Source: Epithemia pelagica
Taxonomy: Eukaryota > Protista > Bacillariophyta
DNA: 64,000 nucleotides
Direction: 5' to 3'
NCBI GenBank assembly: GCA_946965045.2
Contig: OX337240.1
Span: 2,108,001-2,172,000, forward strand
This document shows, one piece after another, positions 20,031 to 31,500 of this stretch. Positions within the stretch are counted from its first letter, which is position 1. Each line of letters begins with the position of its first letter. A program made the translations under genes and the position numbers. Below the pieces are notes generated by a model. The model worked only from the letters and a program-made list of their open reading frames with translations, was not told the origin of the DNA and did no database searches.

Positions 20031-21803
20031 GGGATGGAGACTGTACTTCGTTGGTGGTTACTTGAGTCCACTGTTGCTTGTGGTCCATTTAAATGAGAAG
20101 GGGGGGGGGGGGGGGGAGGGAGACTTCTGGAAGCAAGCTTCCCAAATAAGATGAACAGTTCCTCTGAAGGGGGGGGGGGGGGGGGAGACTTAAAGCAATC
20201 CGAGGTGTTTTCATTCACTTGGAGTGATGTAATGTTGATCTGCCCTGGACAGGCTGTGGGGCACTTCTTCTTCGCCTCCTTCTATCACACGTTGAGCAGC
20301 CTGGGCGTGGGCACCTGGTTCCGTCTCTTTCGAACCCTGAACCATGTGGTAACAGTGGATGATCCCCGCTTGATCTTTCTTCAGTTTGATTCTCACCAAG
20401 TGTGGACGTCAGCGCATTTTCAATCTCACATGGTGTGACAAAATGACAAAAGTCTTCAGCAACTACCCCCATTACAAAGTGGAATGTGTTGTTGCCTTGT
20501 TGTCATGTCAGATATATGCCATTTTGAATCCCTGTTGGATTCAAACCAAGGATCCGAACTTGATGAAATTTTGAAACAAATCGATGTAGAATACGATTGT
20601 TTCCCTCCTCCTGATTCTGACGAACAAACTGACAACAATGGTTACCAGGAAGCGTCAATACTCTCCAGGACTCTTTCATATAATAGCAGAGAATCACTAT
20701 TTCTCTTGTCCCTCTGAGTAAATGGCCGTATTAGTGGGACACGCCTGCAGGCGAGCAATTCTTGGTACCAGTTTGTAGACTGTTGTCTGTTCAACTATTA
20801 GGTATTCTGTAGTTTTCTATGAGCAATGAGAGATGAGCCGTGGATCGTGAAGAGGCTTTATTTCATATGAGTGAAATATCTAGATCGGACGACAAGGTCC
20901 ATTATGATGTGCCATGGACGACAAGGTCCATGATGACGTGCCCAGGGAAGATACAAGGTAATCTTCTACTATTGCTCCTCGGAATGGAAGTAGGATTTTC
21001 GTCTTATATAGCCTTATATTGCCCACGACGGTGGCGAGAGTCCTGGGAAAAAAGTGTGACAGTATTATATAAGCAAGGGTTAGACAGATAGGTACGATAG
21101 GTAAAAGGCTCGCTGAGCCGACAATCGAATCACCAACCGATACAACAATCCTCCACGGGTCAGAGAAGAGTTGCAAGTCGAAGTCCGCCGTGGGTGGGGG
21201 CAGTCGGTCCACTGATAAGAGGTAAGTCTTAAGATGAGTGTTAAAATGGTGATATTAATGATTGTGAGACGATTACTAACTAAGGTGGTTGATGGTGCCG
21301 AAGTCCTGGCTCTTGCATACGGCCATGGATCTGGTGTGATAGGTCCTCACTGGTTGGAGTAGACCGGCATTGGTGTATATTGAATGTATAGGGTGATGGA
21401 TAACATGTATGGGATGCAACAGCTCTTGCTTTGTCGTGGTATAAGTCTTGTCCTGGGCGCGTTGCTGTTTGCATTCTTGGATTTGTGGGAACAGAGATAT
21501 GGTCTCGCGTGATCGTGATTCGTGCTTTGATAACATAGACCGTTAGGTCGAATCGTGGATGCGCGTACTCGGATAGTAGAGGCGCGCACTTGATAGTTTT
21601 GGGCGCGCACGTGTTGGGCCATAGTTAATATCCGAGCGGTCGCCGATAACGCGTGCACTGCGAGCATGCCGTGGCCAAATTTATAGTTTCGCGAGCATGC
21701 CGACATTCTTTTCTCACTTTTAGGAAAATGTCATCGGATGCCATAAAATACTAGCATCATTCGATGAGTTGTAGGTTTTGCCACCTAGTTTTCGGTGAGA
21801 ATC

Positions 21804-23924
21804 CTAACACTCCCCACAATTCGTCGAATGAGGATTGTCAATTCCCTCATCACTTTCCTGGATTTTTCCTCTCCAGAATAACAAAGATCTGAGCATGGGC
21901 CAAACTGTGGCGAATTCCCAATGTTTACTGAGGATATCAGCTGGGTTTGTCTTTCCATCTTTCCAGTAGAATGCGACGTACTTTGCAGCGATAGCTTCAC
22001 GGACTCGGTGATAGGATAGGAGATGGTGCCTCTTGGAGATGATTGAGTGTGGTGCGGTGCTATTGATAACGACAGAGCGGTTATCTCCAAACATGTAACT
22101 CTTCTCTCGTAGAGGGACTCCCAAGTATCGGAGTGTAAGGCGTAGCTCCGTGATCTGATCAACTGCAGTCCTTGCGGCAACAAATTCAGATCCATACGTG
22201 GCTGTCTCCACTGTGGCTTGTCGCTTACTGTACCAGTCCACGGGTGTACCGTTTACAAAATGCAGGATGGCTGTAACTGCTTTCCCAGTAACCATATCAT
22301 GCATGAGATTTGCGTCGACATAATGTATAGTTGTCACAAAACGCCCAAGTGGGGTTGGACAGTCCTCAGGGATACGTTCCTTGGCGTCCATGTATACGGT
22401 ACGACTCCAATCGTATTCTTGGATAGGTAAACCTGATAAATCTGGCTCCCCAGTGCGGAATCTGATAGACCCATCAGGAAATGACATGAGGTATCCATAG
22501 ATGCGCTTAGCTTGCTTCAAATGACCAATCCTTGGAGCAGCTCTGAACCTTGATAGAGTCATGGTAGCAGGAAAGACATCAAAACGGCCAATGGTAATTA
22601 GCCATTGCAGTTGTCCAATAAGAGTCTGGAAATGCTGGGTCCCTTCTTCATCTAAGAGCTCAGAGTCATCGAGTTCAGGATGATCGTTAGCAATGACTGG
22701 CGGCTTTGCTTTCTTGGGTTTCTCATTGAACAATCGTTCATAGGTATCCATCATCTTCTCGATGTACCTTCGTGGGTCAGACACAAGTGTACCGTCTGGA
22801 TCTTTGGTATAACGACACCCCAAATGATACTCGATAGGTCCGACTCCTTTGAGTTTGAAGTTGTATTTTTCTGTAAAGATCTTGCAGACAGCTTCAGGGT
22901 CCATGGCAACGATAGCTAAGTCATCAACATATACAGCGATATATTCATAACAGTCTTCTCCAGGAGCCTTCTTCATCCAAATATCAGGGTCAGCCTTGCT
23001 TGGAGAAAATCCCATATCAATGAGAACATCAAACAGTTTGTCATGCCAGCGAGCACCTGAGGATTTGAGACCATATAATGCCTTGTAGATGATCAAGATA
23101 TGTCCTTCTAACTCCTTGAACTCTGGTCCTGCAATGATGAAAATCTTCTCTCTTGTTAATGCTTCTAGGTATGCGTTCCCAATATCTGCTCCCCATATTT
23201 CCATGTCGTTCATGGTTCCAAGAAATATGGCAATGCGAAGGTTGCGAATGGAGACAACCCCTGAATAGATGGTCTCAACGGGTTCCTTGGTGAGATGTCC
23301 ATCTGCGACAAGTCGTGCCTTGTGCCTTCCGTCATGCTTGACATCAAAGACCAGATGTACTCTTATCTTATGATATCCTTCTGGTGCATTGGCCAATTTC
23401 CCATTAATGAACTTGGCTTTTCCATGGTCCTTGAAAGTGTTATACGATTGGATCTGTGAGAGTTCCAATTCTGTTGCGTCTTGCCATTTCGTGTTCCCAA
23501 ATTGCTTGTCTAGTTCCACTGCTTCTTCATAGGTGCGAGGTACTTGGAAACCAAACTTGTACTTGATAGAGCGACAAACTTGTTTGATCCTGGATTGTAT
23601 AGCTGCTCGAATGAGTCTTTTGCTTGTCTTGACGTATCGCTTGAGATGTTTCCATCCGGGTAGATCCAGCAAACCATTTTTCTTGGCATATATGGCGACT
23701 GTGATGGGGTCATCATTTGCAATAAGAGATAGAGGTTCGTATGTCGTCTCCCCAGTCTCCCAATCAACAAGGACATTATATTTACTCCCTTTATAGTCTG
23801 GGTCGCTTGAGTTCAAAGGTCCTTGGTGTGCAATAACGTCTCTGAATCGGAAGAGACTATCCCCTGTCGTTTGGGCTTGATTATCCCTTTCAATGTATTC
23901 CATGAGCTGGTTGTAGGAGATCAT
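21804..23924 (-). CDS. pol: Copia RT-RNase H ORF, copy 2 (706 aa)
   Basis: Same as 7291-9411 with few substitutions (AAIQSR vs AAKQSM, FTEK vs FTKK, EFATV vs EFAAV). Confidence 0.95.
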   Translation of the reverse strand: MISYNQLMEYIERDNQAQTTGDSLFRFRDVIAHQGPLNSSDPDYKGSKYNVLVDWETGETTYEPLSLIANDDPITVAIYAKKNGLLDLPGWKHLKRYVKTSKRLIRAAIQSRIKQVCRSIKYKFGFQVPRTYEEAVELDKQFGNTKWQDATELELSQIQSYNTFKDHGKAKFINGKLANAPEGYHKIRVHLVFDVKHDGRHKARLVADGHLTKEPVETIYSGVVSIRNLRIAIFLGTMNDMEIWGADIGNAYLEALTREKIFIIAGPEFKELEGHILIIYKALYGLKSSGARWHDKLFDVLIDMGFSPSKADPDIWMKKAPGEDCYEYIAVYVDDLAIVAMDPEAVCKIFTEKYNFKLKGVGPIEYHLGCRYTKDPDGTLVSDPRRYIEKMMDTYERLFNEKPKKAKPPVIANDHPELDDSELLDEEGTQHFQTLIGQLQWLITIGRFDVFPATMTLSRFRAAPRIGHLKQAKRIYGYLMSFPDGSIRFRTGEPDLSGLPIQEYDWSRTVYMDAKERIPEDCPTPLGRFVTTIHYVDANLMHDMVTGKAVTAILHFVNGTPVDWYSKRQATVETATYGSEFVAARTAVDQITELRLTLRYLGVPLREKSYMFGDNRSVVINSTAPHSIISKRHHLLSYHRVREAIAAKYVAFYWKDGKTNPADILSKHWEFATVWPMLRSLLFWRGKIQESDEGIDNPHSTNCGEC

Positions 23925-24008
23925 CTCATCAACATTGGAGTTAGACTTGCGAAAGATATATTTGAGTCAATCTTCTTGTTTGGTTGCATCTTGTTCCAGG
24001 TCGACAAC

Positions 24009-27000
24009 TCATTTGATTACTCGTGCTCGGTGGCGCTCCCCATTCTCTTCAGTGTCACAAAGGAATGTGCGTCCAACTAAATCGTCGTAGTCAATTGTTG
24101 GCATAGGTGTGGATGGGTCTTCACTTCTGCTGTGAATAAAGACAGTGTCACCTTGCTTGTCAGTGGGTTTATGCGGCGACTCCTCCCCTGAAGAGATATC
24201 CACACGAAGGTTGGGGGTAGTGGAGGCAACGCGACGGACAGCGGAACGGTAGATGATGACGTTGTCGGCAGTGAGGATCTTCCAAGTAAAGGCATCACCA
24301 ACATTGTGGGCAAAACCAACCCAGTGGTTAATCTTCTCGTCGGGAGACGAAGGGTAAGAACCGGAGGTAGGTTCAGAAGGGTCGACACGATAGTAGACCT
24401 CATCCCAGAAAGGAAAGAAAAGGAGATGGGTAATGTCGGGTGGGGTACCGGTATGAGCCTCAAGAGGGGTGCGGCTAGAGTGGGTGGGAGAGGAAGTGTG
24501 ATTGAGGAGGTCACACACATATTCTAAACAAAGTAACCATGCAGAAGCAGGGCAACCAGAGGCATTCATGATAGCATTGGTCATACGCTTAACGGTCTGG
24601 TAGCGGTTCTCAGCTTTGTTCTGGTGTTGATGATAGGGCTCGGAACGGTATTCACCAATCAGAAGGGTGCGAAGAATATCCTTGACCTTGTGGGAAATAA
24701 GTGACGAACCACCATCACTGATCAAAGTCTCCATGACACCACGTGTACGAATGTTATCCTGGAGGGTATTGACGAATTGCTTGGTAGACTTGATACCATA
24801 AATGTCAGTAACCAAAGTATCACGACCAACAAAAATCTGAGCAATCTTGCCACCATGGTTAACAGCCGGGGTGTCGGAGAAGATGGAGTCAGTGGCAACG
24901 GGTTCATGCCGTCGTGGTAGGTTAAGGATAGGATTCCGGGCCTTAAAGTGTTTCTTCAAGGTATCCTGGTCAAAGGAAATGTGTCCATGACGAGTTGTAT
25001 GCTTGAACGTAGCGGCGATTACGTCTTCCGATTGCCACCCAAAGAAAGGGCGAAATTTCTTCCAGTCGTATTGTTCCTTGTAGAGTTTGTGGACAGACGC
25101 ATGAAGTGTGGGGTCATTGCCATCTTGATCAGCATAGATGGAAAAGAAGGAAGGTGTATCGGGGCCATGATCATATGGGAGATCAAGGAGGAGATTCAAA
25201 GTGCATACAACGCGATCGGTATACTCCCCATATTGGTCATAGGGGTACGTTTCCATACTACCATCAGTCTCCACAGATGTCCAGTTCGGTGCAGGGTCTT
25301 GATGGGGGTCTGGATGGGTATGGTCAAGTACAGAAGGATCCCAGATATGGGGTGAAGTGAACACAATATGCGGATATTTATCCATATCGTCATCAGAAGG
25401 GATTCCCAGAGATTGAATGTATGCAAGGCCATCCTTGATTCGTAAGGGCAATGCGCGTCCATCAAGGGTAGTAATGCGTTGTTTGCCATCAACCTTGACG
25501 GATCGTTCGTCGACAGATAGGCCGAAATGTTCAAATTGCGCTGGGGCATGGATAGATAAACCCTTTCCATAGTGGGCATACTCATTGAAGATACCAATAA
25601 TGGGTCCATCACTTGTATCAAACTTGGCAGCACAGGTAACAACTGGAAGGCCAGTCAATTCATGATTGTCAATACCTACGATGGTAATATGACGTCCGGT
25701 TTTGGCAAGGATACGCATGTCAGATCCTGCAAGGCCTCCATTGGCACCTCGATCGATGAGTTGATTACCAGAAAAGGTGGATTTGCGGGAGAATAGATAT
25801 TGTGACATATGAACCTTTTGCTTGTGATCGGCAGAAGACTTGAACTTGACTTTAGGACTTGACTTTGTCGTAGAAGTTGACAAGATGTTGCTGAGGTCAG
25901 ATGCTGGATGATTGATATCTGTCGATGCAATAGCCTGGTGTACGAACTGGGTAACCGGATCAGAGGATGTATCGAATGGATCTTGTTCTGGTGCATCCTG
26001 ATGGGTATCACCAATGTTGTTGGCATCAGGATCAGGGTCCGGTTCAGGATCAATGTCAAGAGAATGTGTTTGGACCTTGCGTGGAGTTGTCGGGGAATCT
26101 TGGACGGATTTATTGAAGTCGACAATGATTTGCCGATCCTCTTCAGAGAGTTTAAACCATACATCTCTTGGAAGGCTGATTTTCGACGAAGTTGGGGACT
26201 TTTCGGATTGGATATTCGTGTTGTTGATCTGGTAGTCAGGGGGCTCCACTGGTTCAAAAGGTTCATCCAACTGAAATTCATGTTGCTTTACATGACGACG
26301 GCGGTTAGACGCAGAAGTTCGGGTAGCTTGGTCATGGTCAAAAGCAGCATCAAGAAGCAGGCGGAAATATGATTGATAACAGAGAGACTTGGCTCCAGAT
26401 TTTGTGTTGACAACGTTATCCAAGATCTTGACTCGTCTTAAATCAGGTACCTTTTCAACAGCTTGCATAAGGAAGGTCATCCTTGTATGGTCATGGATAC
26501 GATCCGACAGTGGTACAAGGTTATCCAGAAGTCGTAGCTGTTCTTGAAAATGTAGGAGAAACTGACGAGTTGTACCACGCCAAGAGTCATCCAGTCGAAG
26601 ATTCGAAATGTAGCTTGTTAGGCGTAACACTTCTCGCTTAGCTAGATCAGATTCAGTGTGTAGAACATGGAGTTTCTTCAAGACGGCTCTTGCATCTTCA
26701 TCATGTTCATGTTCTCGAACATATGCTCTTCCTTGGTCGGTTTGGATAATACGTACAAGTACAGAATAGACAAAGACTTGTTGTTCTCGGAAAAGTAACT
26801 CTGCGCATTCGTCATCCTTGGGTACCTTGTAATCGAAATCAAGAACATTCGACAATCCTTGTGCTTTCGCAGTTGATTTGAATACACGCCAAAACGAATC
26901 AAAGTATCGTTCGTCTTTGAATGATTCAAATGCTGTTGCATCTCTTTTGGTTCCTTTCTTGAAAGCAGAGAGATCTAACATGGATTGAGATGTTGTAGAG

Positions 27001-27485
27001 GATGTAGTGGGAGATCGGGATGATACGGAGTGTGCAGGTGATTTCAGAGGAGAAACTGGGTCTTGGTTCATACCAGACTTGGTAAAGTCGGTGTTGATCC
27101 TCCAATCGTCATATTGGTCCCTCGTGAGGTTCATCCATGTAGCACGGGGCAGTTTTCCATGTTGGAGTTGCCGTTGTTGTAGTAACCAATATGCCATTAG
27201 TTTGAGTTGTAACCTTGTACTTGTCTGTAGGTCGTTGACTTGTTTTCCAACCTTGTATTGCATGAGATCCTTGAGTGTCTCCTCGGGATCAGTTGCAACA
27301 TGGTCGAGGACATGAAGGATATGTTCAAAACCATGATGTCGCATCCACTTTTGAAGTGATTGGGCTCGTTCATCATTACAACCAAAGATGCCTTTAGTTA
27401 TATGGTCGAAGAGATCTTGGTTGGTTAAATGACTTGACTTGTCCTCAGGAGGAGTAAACGGTGTCTTGGGTGATTGAGGATCCAT
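24009..27485 (-). CDS. gag-pol: Copia gag-PR-IN ORF, copy 2 (1158 aa)
   Basis: Same as 9496-12972 (EPVATD vs EPAATD). Confidence 0.95.
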   Translation of the reverse strand: MDPQSPKTPFTPPEDKSSHLTNQDLFDHITKGIFGCNDERAQSLQKWMRHHGFEHILHVLDHVATDPEETLKDLMQYKVGKQVNDLQTSTRLQLKLMAYWLLQQRQLQHGKLPRATWMNLTRDQYDDWRINTDFTKSGMNQDPVSPLKSPAHSVSSRSPTTSSTTSQSMLDLSAFKKGTKRDATAFESFKDERYFDSFWRVFKSTAKAQGLSNVLDFDYKVPKDDECAELLFREQQVFVYSVLVRIIQTDQGRAYVREHEHDEDARAVLKKLHVLHTESDLAKREVLRLTSYISNLRLDDSWRGTTRQFLLHFQEQLRLLDNLVPLSDRIHDHTRMTFLMQAVEKVPDLRRVKILDNVVNTKSGAKSLCYQSYFRLLLDAAFDHDQATRTSASNRRRHVKQHEFQLDEPFEPVEPPDYQINNTNIQSEKSPTSSKISLPRDVWFKLSEEDRQIIVDFNKSVQDSPTTPRKVQTHSLDIDPEPDPDPDANNIGDTHQDAPEQDPFDTSSDPVTQFVHQAIASTDINHPASDLSNILSTSTTKSSPKVKFKSSADHKQKVHMSQYLFSRKSTFSGNQLIDRGANGGLAGSDMRILAKTGRHITIVGIDNHELTGLPVVTCAAKFDTSDGPIIGIFNEYAHYGKGLSIHAPAQFEHFGLSVDERSVKVDGKQRITTLDGRALPLRIKDGLAYIQSLGIPSDDDMDKYPHIVFTSPHIWDPSVLDHTHPDPHQDPAPNWTSVETDGSMETYPYDQYGEYTDRVVCTLNLLLDLPYDHGPDTPSFFSIYADQDGNDPTLHASVHKLYKEQYDWKKFRPFFGWQSEDVIAATFKHTTRHGHISFDQDTLKKHFKARNPILNLPRRHEPVATDSIFSDTPAVNHGGKIAQIFVGRDTLVTDIYGIKSTKQFVNTLQDNIRTRGVMETLISDGGSSLISHKVKDILRTLLIGEYRSEPYHQHQNKAENRYQTVKRMTNAIMNASGCPASAWLLCLEYVCDLLNHTSSPTHSSRTPLEAHTGTPPDITHLLFFPFWDEVYYRVDPSEPTSGSYPSSPDEKINHWVGFAHNVGDAFTWKILTADNVIIYRSAVRRVASTTPNLRVDISSGEESPHKPTDKQGDTVFIHSRSEDPSTPMPTIDYDDLVGRTFLCDTEENGERHRARVIK

Positions 27486-27799
27486 GGTGTTATTTGGTTG
27501 GTTCGATGTTTATTTAATGTGCGGTGTGATGTGGTTTATTTAATGTGTGATGTGATGGGAACCCGGATGTACCACGTGTGCCACGTATGTACCACGTATG
27601 TGATACCCGGATGTGTGTTGTGATGTGCGACTCCTGGAAATTTCCGTTGATTCCGACAAATTTTCGCCGAGTTTCAACAAATTTTCGCCGAATTTTCGCG
27701 ATTTGACGGGAATGTGTGGCGTGTTGTGCGACCAAGGGTACCCGGATGTGCGGAACTCGGTTTTGTGTCTGGTTTGGTGTAGAAACTACGTAAAGTTAC

Positions 27800-28555
27800 T
27801 TATTCTTGGTCACTTTCGGCTCGGGACTGAAGACGAGATGCGGAATCGGTCACTGTAGTGGCTAGTTCTTCAACGTCGTCGTCTTCCAACAAGTGGTTCA
27901 CGTGTTGAGTGAAGAGAGGGTAGATAGTCGCACGGAAATCCTGGCAGAGATGGATCTCGTGAACAAAGGAGACGTACTCGTCGAGACGAGTAGTCGGGGT
28001 AGGTAGCGGATTCGTCGTCGAGTTGACGATCCAGATGGTGTGGAAGTAGTTGGTTGGACGTTCAAAGGAGATGAATCGAATACGGATGGGTTCCACAGGG
28101 TTGCCCAACAGGGCTTGGACAATGAAACGGCGTCTCGAGCACTGGTACAAGAGGTCTAGAAGTCGTTGGATGTCCTCAAGGTCAGTCACGGGTTGGACGG
28201 ACTGGAAATCGATCTCGCGTTCGGTTGTGGAACGGATCACGTCGGGGTCGGTAGTCGACTCAGTCGGCTCGCGGAAGTGTCGGATATGCGCAGTAAGAAG
28301 ACGGCTCGTACGTCGGGTGCGAGTAGGGTTCAGACGGCGAGGCGGAGTCGAAGGGTGAGTCGGAATCGAAGGAGGCTGGACCACTTGGTCCGGGGTCTGG
28401 AAGGGATTCGGAGCACTGGCCTGAGTCGGGGTCTGTTTCGGAGTTTCAATCAAGGGCTCGCCCGGATAGGACACGGGTGGATGGAGTTCCTCCCCGCTTT
28501 GTTGGAAGGAATGAAAGATGTGTCGAATAGAGAGGTTGGAATCGTCGTGAGACAT
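27800..28555 (-). CDS. Extra ORF upstream of gag, copy 2
   Basis: Translation identical to 13287-14042. Confidence 0.65.
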   Translation of the reverse strand: MSHDDSNLSIRHIFHSFQQSGEELHPPVSYPGEPLIETPKQTPTQASAPNPFQTPDQVVQPPSIPTHPSTPPRRLNPTRTRRTSRLLTAHIRHFREPTESTTDPDVIRSTTEREIDFQSVQPVTDLEDIQRLLDLLYQCSRRRFIVQALLGNPVEPIRIRFISFERPTNYFHTIWIVNSTTNPLPTPTTRLDEYVSFVHEIHLCQDFRATIYPLFTQHVNHLLEDDDVEELATTVTDSASRLQSRAESDQE

Positions 28556-31500
28556 CGAAAGCTTCTCGGAAATAAACGATGAGACTGTTAATCTGATAAA
28601 CTTCTCTCGATTCAACAGGGGTTAGACAGATAGGTAGGATAGGTAAAAGGCTCGCTGAGCCGACAATCGAATCACCAACCGATACAACAATCCTCCACGG
28701 GTCAGAGAAGAGTTGCAAGTCGAAGTCCGCCGTGGGTGGGGGCAGTCGGTCCACTGATAAGAGGTAAGTCTTAAGATGAGTGTTAAAATGGTGATATTAA
28801 TGATTGTGAGACGATTACTAACTAAGGTGGTTGATGGTGCCGAAGTCCTGGCTCTTGCATACGGCCATGGATCTGGTGTGATAGGTCCTCACTGGTTGGA
28901 GTAGACCGGCATTGGTGTATATTGAATGTATAGGGTGATGGATAACATGTATGGGATGCAACAGCTCTTGCTTTGTCGTGGTATAAGTCTTGTCCTGGGC
29001 GCGTTGCTGTTTGCATTCTTGGATTTGTGGGAACAGAGATATGGTCTCGCGTGATCGTGATTCGTGCTTTGATTACATAGACCGTTAGGTCGAATCGTGG
29101 ATGCGCGTACTCGGATAGTAGAGGCGCGCACTTGATAGTTTTGGGCGCGCACGTGTTGGGCCATAGTTAATATCCGAGCGGTCGCCGATAACGCGTGCAC
29201 TGCGAGCATGCCGTGGCCAAATTTATAGTTTCGCGAGCATGCCGACATTCTTTTCTCACTTTTAGGAAAATGTCATCGGATGCCATAAAATACTAGCATC
29301 ATTCGATGAGTTGTAGGTTTCGCCACCTAGTTTTCGGTGAGAATCCTAACAGGGTTTGGAGGGTGCCAATCTGAGTGGACCCGTTGATGAAGTGGCAGGA
29401 GGATCCTCGGCTGTATTAGAACTGTTCCATTGTTCCGTGGCACATGGAAAAGCTTTTTTAGACATTTTACTTGGTTCCAAGGGTGTTCCTCGTATCACAT
29501 GTTGGACACCTTGCTCAATGTCTTTGGCATGTCTTTTTCACATGTCTTCGTTGTCACTGGTTGAATCTCCATTAAATATCCACAGAGTTTCTTTCCAGTA
29601 GTTGGTGCACCGCCCACACTGCTTTTCTGTATAATATTCCAAACAACGACAGAGGTTCGTCTTCATACACCCCTCTTTACTCAACCATATCTTCAATCCA
29701 TGCATTGTAAAACAGTCAGTAATACAGTCAAGTATTTCCTGATTCGTCAGCAAACCAATTCCTCTTGGATAGTCCAAACGTCTCTTAGTGTTTACCCGGA
29801 AGTCTTGAAACGGGTTTAGAATATGGACAGAAGAATCATTTCCACGTTGTGACAGCCTTAGTCTTCCGCTGGACTGCACAACATTTGAGCACTCATACAG
29901 CACGCCAATGATCATGATTGTTCTCCATCTTGGATTCTTGTCCTGCATTTTCTCCTTTCACTTCGCCAATCGAGTGAATATCACCTCATCTGGTTTGGGT
30001 GCGTCAGTAAAGAGGCTCATCTCCGGGGGGAAAAGATTTCCATCGATACTTCTTGTACCATCTTTACTTTGATTGTTATTTGTTTTTTCTACAATACCAT
30101 CCAGTTGCAATTCACAGCAATGTCCAACGAAGTCTTTTGGATGTTTACCAGATGATAAATAATCAACTGCAGAACTGTGCCATTCTTCATCTTGACTTCT
30201 TTCTTTCTCCATCAGCTTCACCACTTTCAACAAGCAGCCTTTGCAAATGCCATTTCCTTACAAGCACGAGATAATTCATGAAAACTGGTGGTCTGAGACG
30301 TCATAATATCGACAATTCCGTTAAAGCGTGATGTCAATGCTGATGGTACAACAGCACCAATCCTTTCAATTCGCATTACTGATCTTTGGAAATGAACATT
30401 ATAGCTCCTTAAATAGAAATATATTTAATGTTTTTCAACATTTGAGTTAAAGTCTTTGTTGCATGATCCAATAGGACTTCTTGAAACGAGAACCGAAGAG
30501 CATCAAACCAATCTATCGAGACTCCAGGAAATACTGCAGAAAAGCTATCCCAGTCACGATTAATCTCCTCTCCATAACTCAAATCAGCTTTGCCAGTGAG
30601 ATGTGATTTGTAAAGATCTGCGTTTGAATGAGAAGAATGGCATCGTGTCGATCTGGAATGAAAAATGTAAGATATGTGTCTTGAAGCTTATCTGATGGAT
30701 TATCTTGTGAGCTATGTTGACTTGTGTTTCGAATGAGAAGAATGGCATCATTTCCATCTGGAATGAGAAATGTAAGATATGTGTCATGAAGCTTATCTGA
30801 TGGATTATTTGTGTACAGCTGATGTATTTCTTTGGACTGTTTCATTTCATGAATCTGCTGACGGATGTTTTTATCGAAAGTGTGAGTCATAAGAGAAAGG
30901 ACTGAGTCCACCGGACAAGGCCTTGTATTACCAACGGAGGCCCAAGCGCTGGATCACGGCACACTGACCCAACGAAATAGTACAAGCATTATTGAACGGA
31001 TCGAAAACTTCAGCAACAATGTCGCGAAACCTGCTCTTAGATTCGGGAGAGGTGATGTCGTCCTTATTCCCAGACCGTTTATTGTTCATGTCTTTGATAC
31101 ACTGGGAAATCATGAACACTTCTGGGGACACAAAGTGGTTTTCGATATTATAAGTGCTATCCATTGGCAGGAGGACTTGAAGAGCTGACGAACTACAATG
31201 GACTTCCCCGTGCATATCTGGTGGCAAAGAAACAAAATACTCGTGCCAGGAAGAGAAGTGTTGTTGTAGTAGACAGTAAACCATGAAAAATCGAGCTACC
31301 AATCGGCCGAAGTTTGTTGAGGTTGTCCATGTCTTTATCGAGGGCAAAAAATGAATGGATTAGAAGAAGGGTCGGATTGGTGGTGGTAGTTGGTTATTGA
31401 CGATGAGGTTGAAAAGGGTTTTGAGGTTTTGGAAGTACGGTCGGTCGGAGGATGGGTCAATGGAGGCGGAGAAGGGTCCTGGGGCTGTGCCTTGGCTCAG

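Larger units (their letters stand above)
6564..21077. repeat. Unit 1 of 14.5-kb direct tandem duplication
   Basis: ORF track repeats at offset 14513 (14516 after 20.1 kb); junction TATATAAGCAAG|GGTTAGACAG at 21077 with 1-bp microhomology. Confidence 0.97.
21213..29351 (-). mobile_element. CoDi-like Ty1/Copia LTR retrotransposon, copy 2 (LTR C 21213-21809, LTR D 28755-29351)
   Basis: Offset 14513 from copy 1; same architecture. Confidence 0.97.

Noticed and set aside
21077-21081. GGGTT as TSD matching 29352-29356
   Set aside because: The same GGGTT is internal leader sequence at 6564 and 14106; the match is incidental to the duplication breakpoint
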